Part shown: positions 7,940 through 14,609 of the stretch, in pieces
How positions within the stretch are numbered: position 1 is the first letter of the stretch
How the letters are laid out: each line of letters opens with the position of its first letter
NCBI RefSeq assembly: GCF_042660085.1
Contig: NZ_JBHSTI010000005.1
Location: 334 to 21,143 of the forward strand
Length of the DNA stretch: 20,810 nucleotides
Direction: 5' to 3'
From: Longivirga aurantiaca
GTDB taxonomy: Bacteria; Actinomycetota; Actinomycetes; S36-B12; CAIYMF01
The notes under the pieces: generated by a model
The model's database searches: none
What the model was told of the DNA's origin: nothing
Seen by the model: the letters and a program-made list of their open reading frames with translations, nothing else
Program-made: the position numbers and the translations under genes

Positions 7940-8623
7940 ATGCCTGACTCCTGGGTCGCGTTATTGATCGCACTGTTGGCTGTCGTACCCGGCTTTCTGA
8001 CAGTGACCATTTGGGCTAGGTCGCGGACATGGCGGGGTCCGACTGGTGACCTTCGGACCATCCTTCAAGCACTGGCAATTAGCGCCGTGATCCAGGTGGT
8101 GCTGTTCCCGCTCACTGTCATGGTCGTGTTGCCGCATTGGCGCTCGCCGGATGACTACGCCGTCTCACTTGGGGCATGGCTCCTCCTTACGGTTCTCGCG
8201 TTCCCAGTGGTGTTGGGTCTTGGGACGGCGCGGTTGACCGACTGGGTCTTTCCACTCAGGACGGCCGATACGAACTTCGGCTGGCTCCGACGATTCCTAC
8301 GCGGCGCGATCAAGCCGGTCGCGCCTCCGACGATGTGGGATTGGTGGCTCACCGAAGGTGTCCCGAATGGGCGATTCGTCCTTGCCAAGTTCCGTGATGG
8401 CTCGTATATCGGTGGCGTCTTCTCAGATGGTTCTATGGCGCTGACATCCCCGGAGCCGCACGGCATCTATCTGGCGAGTGAGTGGCTTGTGGATGAGGCA
8501 GGGGACTTCGTGGGCGAGATTCCGCAAACTGGCGGTGTGCTGCTGCCGCTCCGAGAAGACATACTGTGGCTACGGGTTCAAGGCGATAACGGGACGTCAG
8601 AGGTTGGTGACGATCGTGCCTAG
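7940..8623 (+). CDS. Membrane protein with 3 N-terminal TM helices and a C-terminal soluble domain; DUF6338-like (from memory)
   Basis: TM segments WVALLIALLAVVPGFLTVTIW, ILQALAISAVIQVVLFPLTVMVVL and LGAWLLLTVLAFPVVLGLGTA. The C-terminal part is PTMWDWWL..GRFVLAKFRDGSYIGGVF..PEPHGIYLASEWLVDEAGDFVGEIP. Transcribed divergently from 6686..7660. Confidence 0.75.
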   Translation: MPDSWVALLIALLAVVPGFLTVTIWARSRTWRGPTGDLRTILQALAISAVIQVVLFPLTVMVVLPHWRSPDDYAVSLGAWLLLTVLAFPVVLGLGTARLTDWVFPLRTADTNFGWLRRFLRGAIKPVAPPTMWDWWLTEGVPNGRFVLAKFRDGSYIGGVFSDGSMALTSPEPHGIYLASEWLVDEAGDFVGEIPQTGGVLLPLREDILWLRVQGDNGTSEVGDDRA

Positions 8624-8735
8624 TCAGAAGGCGCTGCCGGCGGCGCAGGAGACAAAGGGTCAAGCGCCAGGGTCAGGCAAGGTGCCCTCGACGCCGCCAC
8701 CTCCGAAGCCCAGTGCGACGAGGCGAGGAGCGTGA
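8616..8735 (+). CDS. Mini-ORF 1 (39 aa) VPSQKALPAAQETKGQAPGSGKVPSTPPPPKPSATRRGA
   Basis: GTG 8616 overlaps the stop of 7940..8623 by 8 nt (GTGCCTAG). It shares the G-x-VP-x-x-PPPPK core with the next two mini-ORFs, even though the DNA has diverged. Confidence 0.35.
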   Translation: MPSQKALPAAQETKGQAPGSGKVPSTPPPPKPSATRRGA

Positions 8736-8741
8736 CAGTCG

Positions 8742-8855
8742 ATGGCTGACGATCAGGGGCAGAGAGGCTCGGTCCTCGGCAATGGTCGGGTTCCGAAGAC
8801 CCCGCCTCCTCCCAAGGCAACGCCTCCCAGCAAGCCAAGCGGTAGCAAGTCCTAA
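8742..8855 (+). CDS. Mini-ORF 2 (37 aa) MADDQGQRGSVLGNGRVPKTPPPPKATPPSKPSGSKS
   Basis: ATG 8742 has AGGAG 11 nt upstream. It is in the same frame as mini-ORF 1, separated only by TGA plus two codons. It carries the conserved core GRVPKTPPPPK. Confidence 0.35.
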   Translation: MADDQGQRGSVLGNGRVPKTPPPPKATPPSKPSGSKS

Positions 8856-8874
8856 CGTCGGCGGAAGCGGACCA

Positions 8875-8991
8875 GTGGGAAAGAAGGTGACGGGAGGCGC
8901 CGTCACTGGCAAGGGCGGCGTGCCCAGCAATCCGCCCCCGAAGGCGGGCGACAAGGGAGCTGGGTCCAGGAAGCCGCCGCACGGGGCTTAG
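8875..8991 (+). CDS. Mini-ORF 3 (38 aa; alternative GTG 8887) VGKKVTGGAVTGKGGVPSNPPPKAGDKGAGSRKPPHGA
   Basis: Third copy of the core (GGVPSNPPPK), in a different frame from copies 1 and 2. It forms the C-terminal part of track ORF 8713..8991, whose N-terminal part is Arg-rich shadow sequence. It overlaps the antisense tail of the integrase ORF. Confidence 0.3.
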   Translation: MGKKVTGGAVTGKGGVPSNPPPKAGDKGAGSRKPPHGA

Positions 8992-10525
8992 CCAAAGCAG
9001 GACGGGCCGCGATCCTGGTCACTCGTCCCCGTCTCGTCCCCCAGCAACGATCATGGGTTGACACGAGAGGGCCCATTGGCGCTCGCATCGGGCTGTTCTG
9101 GTACATCCGCGCAAGCGTGACGCCTGCCTGCGACGCCCTCGTAATGCGTAGGTCATCGGTTCGATTCCGATAGGCGGCTCCATCTTCAAGTCTCTGACCT
9201 GCGGCGATGCTGTCGGGGTCACCCTCGGGATCGTCGTCTGAGGGCGAGTTGCTCACATGTTGCTCACGGACTCGCTGGGATGCGTCGTCTGCGCGCGGCA
9301 CGAGGGACCACGCCTTGGCAGCTGCTTCGCTTCCGACGCCGGGCAGCAGGTGGGTGTAGGTGTCCGAGGTGATGGCCACGGAGGAGTGTCCGAGCCGCTT
9401 GCTGACCACGACGATGTCGACGCCGGCGGCGAGCATGAGCGAGGCCTGGCCGTGGCGCAGGTCGTGCAGTCGGATGCGTCGTAGCCCGATCTCTTCGGCG
9501 AGTTCCTGGAAGCGGTCGGAGAGCCGGTCGGGGTGCAGGGGTACGCCGTCGGGCCGGGGGAACACGAGGTCGTGGTCGTTGTAGGCGTCGCCGAGCGGCG
9601 CGCGGGCGGCGTCCTGGCGCAGGCGGTGGGCGAGCAGCACGCCGACCGTGTGCGGGTCGAGGTCGACGACGCGGTCCTCTCCGCTGGCGGTCTTCGGTCG
9701 CCCGAATGCGATGCGCCCGTGGTCGGCGCCGCACTGCGCGCACGGGCGGGAGAAGCGCGCGGTGAGGGTGACGACCTGCTGGCGTACGTGGAGCCGGTTG
9801 CGTTCGAGGTCGACGTCGGACCAGCGCAGCCCGGCCGCCTCTCCGCGGCGTAGACCGGTGGCGGCCAGGAGCTGGAACGCGGGCCCGAGCGGGTCGTGGT
9901 CGGCGTGGTCGAGGAACCGGCCGAGCTCCTCGGGCTCCCACGGGCGCACGCGCGGACGCGGCACCGACGGCAGGTCGATGTTCGCGGCCGGGTTCGTGGG
10001 GATCAGGCGCGACTTCACCGCCGAGCCCAGCGCCGAGCGGAGCGAGGCGTGCACGCGGCGCAGGGTGGCTGGCTTCATCTGACGGTCGGCCTGGATGGAG
10101 CGCAGGGCGCTCTCGACGTCGTGGGGGCTCAGGTCGCGCAGGCGCACGTGCCCGATGCGGGGGATGAAGTACTGATGCACGTGCGCGGTGTACGTCGCGG
10201 CGGTGGTGGGCCGGACGCCGTCGGCGACCTTGCCGGCCAGCCAGTCGAGCAGGAACTGCCCGACGGTGATGCTGTTGACCGCGACGCCGACGCCGCGGGA
10301 GCCGGCGTCGATCACCTCGGCGAGCGCCTTCTCCGCGTCCTTCTTGGTCGCGAACCCGAACCGGGTGAGCTGACGGCGCGCGACGTGCTCGCCGTCCGGG
10401 TTCGGTCCCGGCCCGAGGTCGACGGTGTAGCCCCAGGACCCGTGCTTCTCGGAGCAGGCCTTGCGCCGGCCGCGTGAGTCGAAGACGGCGGGGCACTGGC
10501 AGCGCTTGCGAACGGTTCCGCGCAT
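8903..10525 (-). CDS. int: Tyrosine recombinase / phage-type integrase (ORF runs to the first stop; the last ~130 codons cross the tRNA-Thr fragment and look non-native)
   Basis: N-terminal Cys/His arm-type domain (KRCQCP...CSEKHGSWGYTVDLG). Catalytic residues in context: GLRRGEAAGLRW, HDLRHGQASL, LGHSSVAITSDTYTHL. ATG 10525 is preceded by GAGGGAGGA. Confidence 0.9.
   Translation of the reverse strand: MRGTVRKRCQCPAVFDSRGRRKACSEKHGSWGYTVDLGPGPNPDGEHVARRQLTRFGFATKKDAEKALAEVIDAGSRGVGVAVNSITVGQFLLDWLAGKVADGVRPTTAATYTAHVHQYFIPRIGHVRLRDLSPHDVESALRSIQADRQMKPATLRRVHASLRSALGSAVKSRLIPTNPAANIDLPSVPRPRVRPWEPEELGRFLDHADHDPLGPAFQLLAATGLRRGEAAGLRWSDVDLERNRLHVRQQVVTLTARFSRPCAQCGADHGRIAFGRPKTASGEDRVVDLDPHTVGVLLAHRLRQDAARAPLGDAYNDHDLVFPRPDGVPLHPDRLSDRFQELAEEIGLRRIRLHDLRHGQASLMLAAGVDIVVVSKRLGHSSVAITSDTYTHLLPGVGSEAAAKAWSLVPRADDASQRVREQHVSNSPSDDDPEGDPDSIAAGQRLEDGAAYRNRTDDLRITRASQAGVTLARMYQNSPMRAPMGPLVSTHDRCWGTRRGRVTRIAARPALAKPRAAASWTQLPCRPPSGADCWARRPCQ
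9138..9182 (+). other. 3' fragment of tRNA-Thr(CGT), anticodon loop to CCA; att-type core next to the integrase gene
   Basis: The plus strand reads CTCGTAA TGCGT AGGTC ATCGG TTCGATT CCGAT AGGCGGC T CCA. Upstream there is no GCCGCCT acceptor 5' strand and no D-arm, and the 5' anticodon-stem strand ACGCC pairs at only 4 of 5 positions. Confidence 0.6.
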
Positions 10526-10547
10526 GACTGGTCCTCCCTCGGTGCTG

Positions 10548-10811
10548 CTACTGCGATACCGGACCGGCGACGGTTGCGCCAGCGCTGGGCGGTGAGCCTG
10601 CGGACGACACGCCGGCGCTGTCCGAGTCGTCGACGAGGCGTAGCAACGCAGCGGTGGGGATCCGGATGAGCTTGCCGACGCGCAGGACCGTGGTGGGCCA
10701 CAGGTCGGCTTTGACGAGCTCGTAGGCCAGGGTGCGTCCGATGCCCAGCACGCGCGCGGCTGTGGGCAGGTCGACCAGGGGTGGGAGCTGCTCTATCTCG
10801 GTGCGGTTCAC
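10548..10811 (-). CDS. xis: Excisionase-family helix-turn-helix DNA-binding protein
   Basis: LVDLPTAARVLGIGRTLAYELVKADLWPTTVLRVGKLIRIPTAALLRLV is the typical MerR-like excisionase HTH. GTG 10811 is preceded by AGGAGA at a 5-nt spacing. It ends 22 nt upstream of int. Confidence 0.8.
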   Translation of the reverse strand: MNRTEIEQLPPLVDLPTAARVLGIGRTLAYELVKADLWPTTVLRVGKLIRIPTAALLRLVDDSDSAGVSSAGSPPSAGATVAGPVSQ

Positions 10812-10942
10812 GGGGATCTCCTGACTGTCCGTTGCCCCGCGGCAGCGGTGGCACGACAAGGTGCGCACCGAAGGGCACCGACACGCGTCGGACGCAGACG
10901 GCTGCGTCGCCAGCTGCGTTACCTGGCGGTGTCGGTTGCTGG

Positions 10943-11168
10943 GACTCCGTCACGCGACTCCGCCGCCGCCGCGCTGACTGTCATGGACTCCGTCACCGAC
11001 TCCGTCACGGACTCCGTCACCGGGTGGGGGCCGTCCTCCGACTCCGTCACGGCGCTGACGGCGGTGCCAGCGCTGTCACGGAGTCCGTCATTGACTCCGT
11101 TACGGCGCCGAGGTTGGTGCCCGGGCTGTCGTGGAGTCCGTCACCGACTCCGTCACCGACTCCGTCAC
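10943..11168 (+). repeat. Iteron array: 11-bp motif GACTCCGTCAC, 7 perfect and 3 one-mismatch copies, all in one orientation
   Basis: Perfect copies start at 10943, 10986, 10998, 11010, 11040, 11146 and 11158. One-mismatch variants start at 11081 (GAGTCCGTCAT), 11093 (GACTCCGTTAC) and 11134 (GAGTCCGTCAC). A degenerate copy lies at 10956. Two triplets (10986/10998/11010 and 11134/11146/11158) and one pair (11081/11093) are in 12-bp phase. Confidence 0.9.
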
Positions 11169-11338
11169 GTGTCACTGGGCTCCCTCACGTTGAAGGCCCC
11201 GACCCCAGCCCCCGGCATCGAGGACGCGCCTCCCTGGTCCGGCGAGCCCTTCAGCACGGCGTGTCGTCCACAGCCGGTGGTGCGGCGCTGACGCCGGGCT
11301 TCTTCGCCAACTGTGACCCTGGCTAGCTGGAGGTGAGG

Positions 11339-11701
11339 ATGGTCGACGTCGACGATGGGGGAAGCCGCGCGCGGGCGGCGCTGGAGTGCGCGTTGGTGGG
11401 CCTTCTGGCCGATCTGCGCCAGCACTGGCGCGACCACGCCGTGTCCCTCGGTGTCATCGGCGCCACAGAGCGTATGAGCGCGATCCTGCGCGCTCCGAGC
11501 TCGGGGAAGGTAGGCCACGGCGCGCTCTCCGGCGGGCCGGCCGAGCGCTTGGTGTCGGCGCGTGCCGCGGTGGTCTTCCTCGTCGACAACGCCGAAGCCT
11601 TGGACCTGTCAGCTGAACTGCTCCTGCTGCTTGCCCGGGCGGCGCACGCGCTCTCGGCGGCCGAACGTGTGCTGCTCCCCGGCTCCTGGGAAGCACGCTG
11701 A
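11339..11701 (+). CDS. Hypothetical protein (120 aa), predicted helical
   Basis: ATG 11339 is preceded by GGAGGTGAGG. Third codon positions are strongly G/C-biased throughout. I recognise no motif. It is divergent from xis-int across the iteron region. Confidence 0.55.
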   Translation: MVDVDDGGSRARAALECALVGLLADLRQHWRDHAVSLGVIGATERMSAILRAPSSGKVGHGALSGGPAERLVSARAAVVFLVDNAEALDLSAELLLLLARAAHALSAAERVLLPGSWEAR

Positions 11702-11774
11702 CGGACGTACGACGACCCCGCCGGAATGAGGGGTATCCAGATGCCAGCGCGTGCGGTGGTTCAGGTCTTGCTCG

Positions 11775-11785
11775 TGACGGAGTCG
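11775..11785 (-). repeat. Isolated inverted copy of the iteron (GTGACGGAGTC)
   Basis: It is the exact reverse complement of GACTCCGTCAC and lies 74 nt downstream of the 11339..11701 ORF, so that gene sits between the direct array and one inverted copy. Confidence 0.55.
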
Positions 11786-12219
11786 CCGACCGTCGCTGTC
11801 AGCGTCGCGGCTGGGTTCCTGTCGCCGGCATGGTGCACCGCGACCGCGCGGGGTCAGCTGACGATCCGGGTTCGTGTCGTGCCGGGTTGTCACATCACGT
11901 GCTGCCTGGTTCGGGCGCGAAAGTGCCTGTTGTGAATGCGGAATCGGATGATGACGGCCGTCCGCTCCTTGGAGCCAGAGGAGTGGCTGGCGGTGACGGG
12001 ATCGACGCGTCAGCCGATCGGCGCTGCGCGTTGTTGGTCGGGGAGACTCGGTACCTCGTCGTCGACGCGACTGAGCCTCAACGACTCACCGGGACAACGC
12101 CGCGTCCGGCGTTCGGGCTGCTCACCAGCCGCTCGGGTGCACGAGCCGTATGGCGTCATCGCCCGCTGACCGCCGGGCTCAAAGGGAGCGAGGTACACCC
12201 GGTCAGTAGCGTCAACGCC

Positions 12220-13332
12220 ATGTCTGCCGACCACCTTGCCGACCTGTCCGCCGCCGGAGTCTCGATCTGGCTCGACGACCTCGACCGCAGCCGCCTGTCG
12301 GGCGGCGGTCTGGCCGCCCTCGTCGCGGGGTCGCACGTCGTCGGTGTGACGACGAACCCGTCCATCTTCGAGAAGGCGATCGTCTCGGGCGCCGCGGCGT
12401 ACGCCGACCAAGTGCACGACCTCGCGATCCGCGGCGTCGACCTGGGCGAGGCGGTGCGGGCGATGACGACGTACGACGTGCGCTGGGCCTGCGACGTTCT
12501 GGCACCGGTGTACGAGCACTCGGGCGGTGTCGACGGCCGGGTGAGCATCGAGGTCGACCCGCGGCTGTCCGCCGACACCGAGGCCACGGTGGCCGAGGCC
12601 AAGGCGCTGCACTGGTCGGTCGACCGTCCCAACCTGCTGGTGAAGATCCCCGCCACCATCGAGGGCCTGCCCGCCATCACCGAGGTGCTCGCGGCCGGCA
12701 TCAGCGTCAACATCACGCTGATCTTCTCGGTCGAGCGCTATCGGGGTGTGCTGGACGCCTGGCTCGCCGGGCTGGAGAAGGCGCAGGCCAACGGCCACGA
12801 CCTCGCGACCATCGAGTCGGTGGCGTCGTTCTTCGTCAGCCGCGTCGACTCCGAGGTCGACAAGCGCCTCGGACCCGACTCCCCGCTGTGCGGCACCGCC
12901 GCCATCGCCAACGCGCGCATCGCGCACGAGGCGTTCGCCCAGGTGATCGCCTCGGACCGGTGGACGGCGCTGGCCGCGGCCGGGGCGCACGTGCAGCGAC
13001 CGCTGTGGGCCTCGACCGGGGTCAAGGACCCGGCGTACTCCGACACCCGCTACGTCATCGACCTCGTCACCGCCGACACCGTCAACACGATGCCCGAGGC
13101 GACCCTGGACGCCGTGCGCGACCACGGCGCGGTGCAGGGCGACACCGTGGTGCCCGAGTACGCCGCGGCCCACGCCGCGCTCGACGCGCTGACCGCCGCC
13201 GGGATCGACCTCGACGACGTCTTGCAGGTGCTCGAGGACGAGGGCGTCGACAAGTTCGTCCAGTCGTGGAACCAGCTCCTCGAGGCCGTCACCACCGCGC
13301 TCGCCGAGGCGCGCGCGGCTGCAGGGCGCTGA
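12220..13332 (+). CDS. tal: Transaldolase
   Basis: [33 protein letters not shown] and LLVKIPAT (active-site Lys context). At 370 aa it matches actinobacterial Tal length. The track ORF start at 11830 is an unsupported N-terminal extension. Confidence 0.92.
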   Translation: MSADHLADLSAAGVSIWLDDLDRSRLSGGGLAALVAGSHVVGVTTNPSIFEKAIVSGAAAYADQVHDLAIRGVDLGEAVRAMTTYDVRWACDVLAPVYEHSGGVDGRVSIEVDPRLSADTEATVAEAKALHWSVDRPNLLVKIPATIEGLPAITEVLAAGISVNITLIFSVERYRGVLDAWLAGLEKAQANGHDLATIESVASFFVSRVDSEVDKRLGPDSPLCGTAAIANARIAHEAFAQVIASDRWTALAAAGAHVQRPLWASTGVKDPAYSDTRYVIDLVTADTVNTMPEATLDAVRDHGAVQGDTVVPEYAAAHAALDALTAAGIDLDDVLQVLEDEGVDKFVQSWNQLLEAVTTALAEARAAAGR

Positions 13333-13369
13333 GCCCTGACTGCACGCTGCGCTGATTCAAGGAGAATCT

Positions 13370-14395
13370 ATGGCTCTACGGCTCGGTTACAAGGCGTCCG
13401 CGGAGCAGTTCGGCCCTCGCGACCTCGTCGAGTTCGCCGTCCTGGCCGAGCAGGTGGGCCTCGACAGCGTCGTGACCTCCGACCACTTCCTGCCCTGGCG
13501 CGAGACCGGCGGGCACGCGCCCTTCGCCCTCGCGTGGATGGCGGCCGTGGCCGAGCGCACCGAGCGGGTGATCATCGGCACGAGCGTGCTGACGCCGACG
13601 TTCCGCTACAACCCCGCGGTCATCGCGCAGGCGTTCGCGACGATGGCGCTGCTGGCGCCCGACCGCATCATGCTCGGCGTCGGCACGGGCGAGGCCCTCA
13701 ACGAGATCGCGGTGTCGGGCCGCGAGTGGCCGGAGTTCAAGGAGCGCTCGGCCCGCCTGCGCGAGGCGATCGACCTCATGCGCCAGCTCTGGACCGAGAG
13801 CCACGTCGACTTCCGCGGCGAGCACTACACGACCGTCGGCGCGAAGATCTACGACAAGCCGGCCGAGGCCCTCCCCATCTACATCGCGGCGGGCGGGCCG
13901 CAGATGGCCAAGTACGCCGGCCGCGCCGGCGACGGCTTCATCTGCACCTCGGGCAAGGGCATGGACCTCTACACCGAGCAGCTCATGCCGGCGCTGCACG
14001 AGGGCGCGACCTCGGTCGGCCGCACGGTCGACGACCTCGACCGCATGATCGAGATCAAGATCTCCTACGACCGCGACGCGTGGTCGGCCCTCGAGAACAC
14101 GCGCTTCTGGGCACCGCTGTCGCTCACCGCCGAGCAGAAGCACGACGTGTCGTCGGCCGAGGAGATGGAGTGGCTGGCCGACCAGCTCCCCATCGAGCAA
14201 GTCGCGAAGCGCTGGATCGTCAGCAGCGACCCCGACGAGACCGTGGCGATGATCAAGCCGTACATCGACGCCGGCCTCAACCACCTCGTGTTCCACGGCC
14301 CCGGCCACGACCAGGCCCGGTTCCTGCACCAGATGGCAGAGGACGTCATCCCGAGGCTTCGCGCGATGGAGGCCCCACCTCGTCGGCCGGCCTAG
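13370..14395 (+). CDS. fgd: F420-dependent glucose-6-phosphate dehydrogenase (luciferase-like monooxygenase fold)
   Basis: [42 protein letters not shown]...[10 protein letters not shown]...[27 protein letters not shown] is the characteristic Fgd1 sequence. RBS AAGGAGA lies upstream of the ATG. Confidence 0.9.
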   Translation: MALRLGYKASAEQFGPRDLVEFAVLAEQVGLDSVVTSDHFLPWRETGGHAPFALAWMAAVAERTERVIIGTSVLTPTFRYNPAVIAQAFATMALLAPDRIMLGVGTGEALNEIAVSGREWPEFKERSARLREAIDLMRQLWTESHVDFRGEHYTTVGAKIYDKPAEALPIYIAAGGPQMAKYAGRAGDGFICTSGKGMDLYTEQLMPALHEGATSVGRTVDDLDRMIEIKISYDRDAWSALENTRFWAPLSLTAEQKHDVSSAEEMEWLADQLPIEQVAKRWIVSSDPDETVAMIKPYIDAGLNHLVFHGPGHDQARFLHQMAEDVIPRLRAMEAPPRRPA

Positions 14396-14404
14396 GGCAG
14401 CGTC

Positions 14405-14427
14405 CGCGAGCGCCGCTCGCGTTGTGT
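14405..14427 (+). terminator. Candidate intrinsic terminator after fgd
   Basis: CGCGAGC-GCC-GCTCGCG (7-bp GC stem, 3-nt loop) starts 10 nt after the fgd stop and is followed by TTGTGT. The U-tract is weak. Confidence 0.4.
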
Positions 14428-14609
14428 CACCGCTAGCGACCGGGCCAATGCCGCTGCGGAGTCCAAGACGGGGGCATGTCGGGTAGTCGTCGCCCTCGGC
14501 TCCAGCCGCAAGCCGTCGCGAATCACCGCGTTGGGCGCCGGGCTGTACATCGTTGGCGCACCAAGCGCGCGAGCGGAACGAATCCAACGCTCGGGGCGGC
14601 GTTGTCGGG

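Larger units (their letters stand above)
6621..11785. mobile_element. Integrative-element-like accessory region (att-like tRNA fragments, int, xis, iterons, cargo); right boundary unresolved
   Basis: Contains a tyrosine integrase plus excisionase, two tRNA 3' fragments, an iteron array and cargo that looks lower in GC. It sits between core-like genes (CoA ligase on the left, tal on the right) beside an IS fragment. Confidence 0.5.

Noticed and set aside
8620-8982. 120-aa and 93-aa minus-strand ORFs opposite the mini-ORF region
   Set aside because: They have no motifs and are Ser/Arg/Leu/Pro-rich. The plus-strand frames carry a thrice-repeated conserved peptide core, which the minus frames do not explain.
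9103-9182. Complete tRNA-Thr gene
   Set aside because: Only the anticodon loop to CCA is tRNA-like. No strand complementary to AGGCGGC exists upstream, there is no D-arm, and the anticodon stem has a mismatch. I called it a fragment instead.
9264-10496. 410-aa ORF in an alternative frame of the integrase gene
   Set aside because: It is extremely Arg/Pro/Ala-rich. The overlapping frame carries all tyrosine-recombinase motifs, so this one is an artefact.
10943-11168. Possible CRISPR array
   Set aside because: The repeats are only 11 bp, the spacers within triplets are 1 nt, and spacing elsewhere is irregular. No cas genes are present. This is not CRISPR architecture.
10848-11291. 147-aa ORF containing DSVTDSVTDSVT repeats (and the sister frame 10781..11326 with LRHRLRH/SPTPSPTP repeats)
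   Set aside because: The peptide repeats are simply the 12-bp-phased DNA iterons translated. The remainder is Arg-rich, there is no RBS, and every frame shows repeats. I interpret it as a non-coding binding-site array.
11830-12219. 130-codon N-terminal extension of transaldolase in the track ORF
   Set aside because: Tal homologues start at the [15 protein letters not shown]-type N-terminus. The extension has weak third-position bias and no recognisable domain.
12010-13173. 387-aa ORF on the minus strand opposite tal
   Set aside because: It is a shadow ORF antisense to transaldolase, with low-complexity Arg/Gly/Val-rich sequence.
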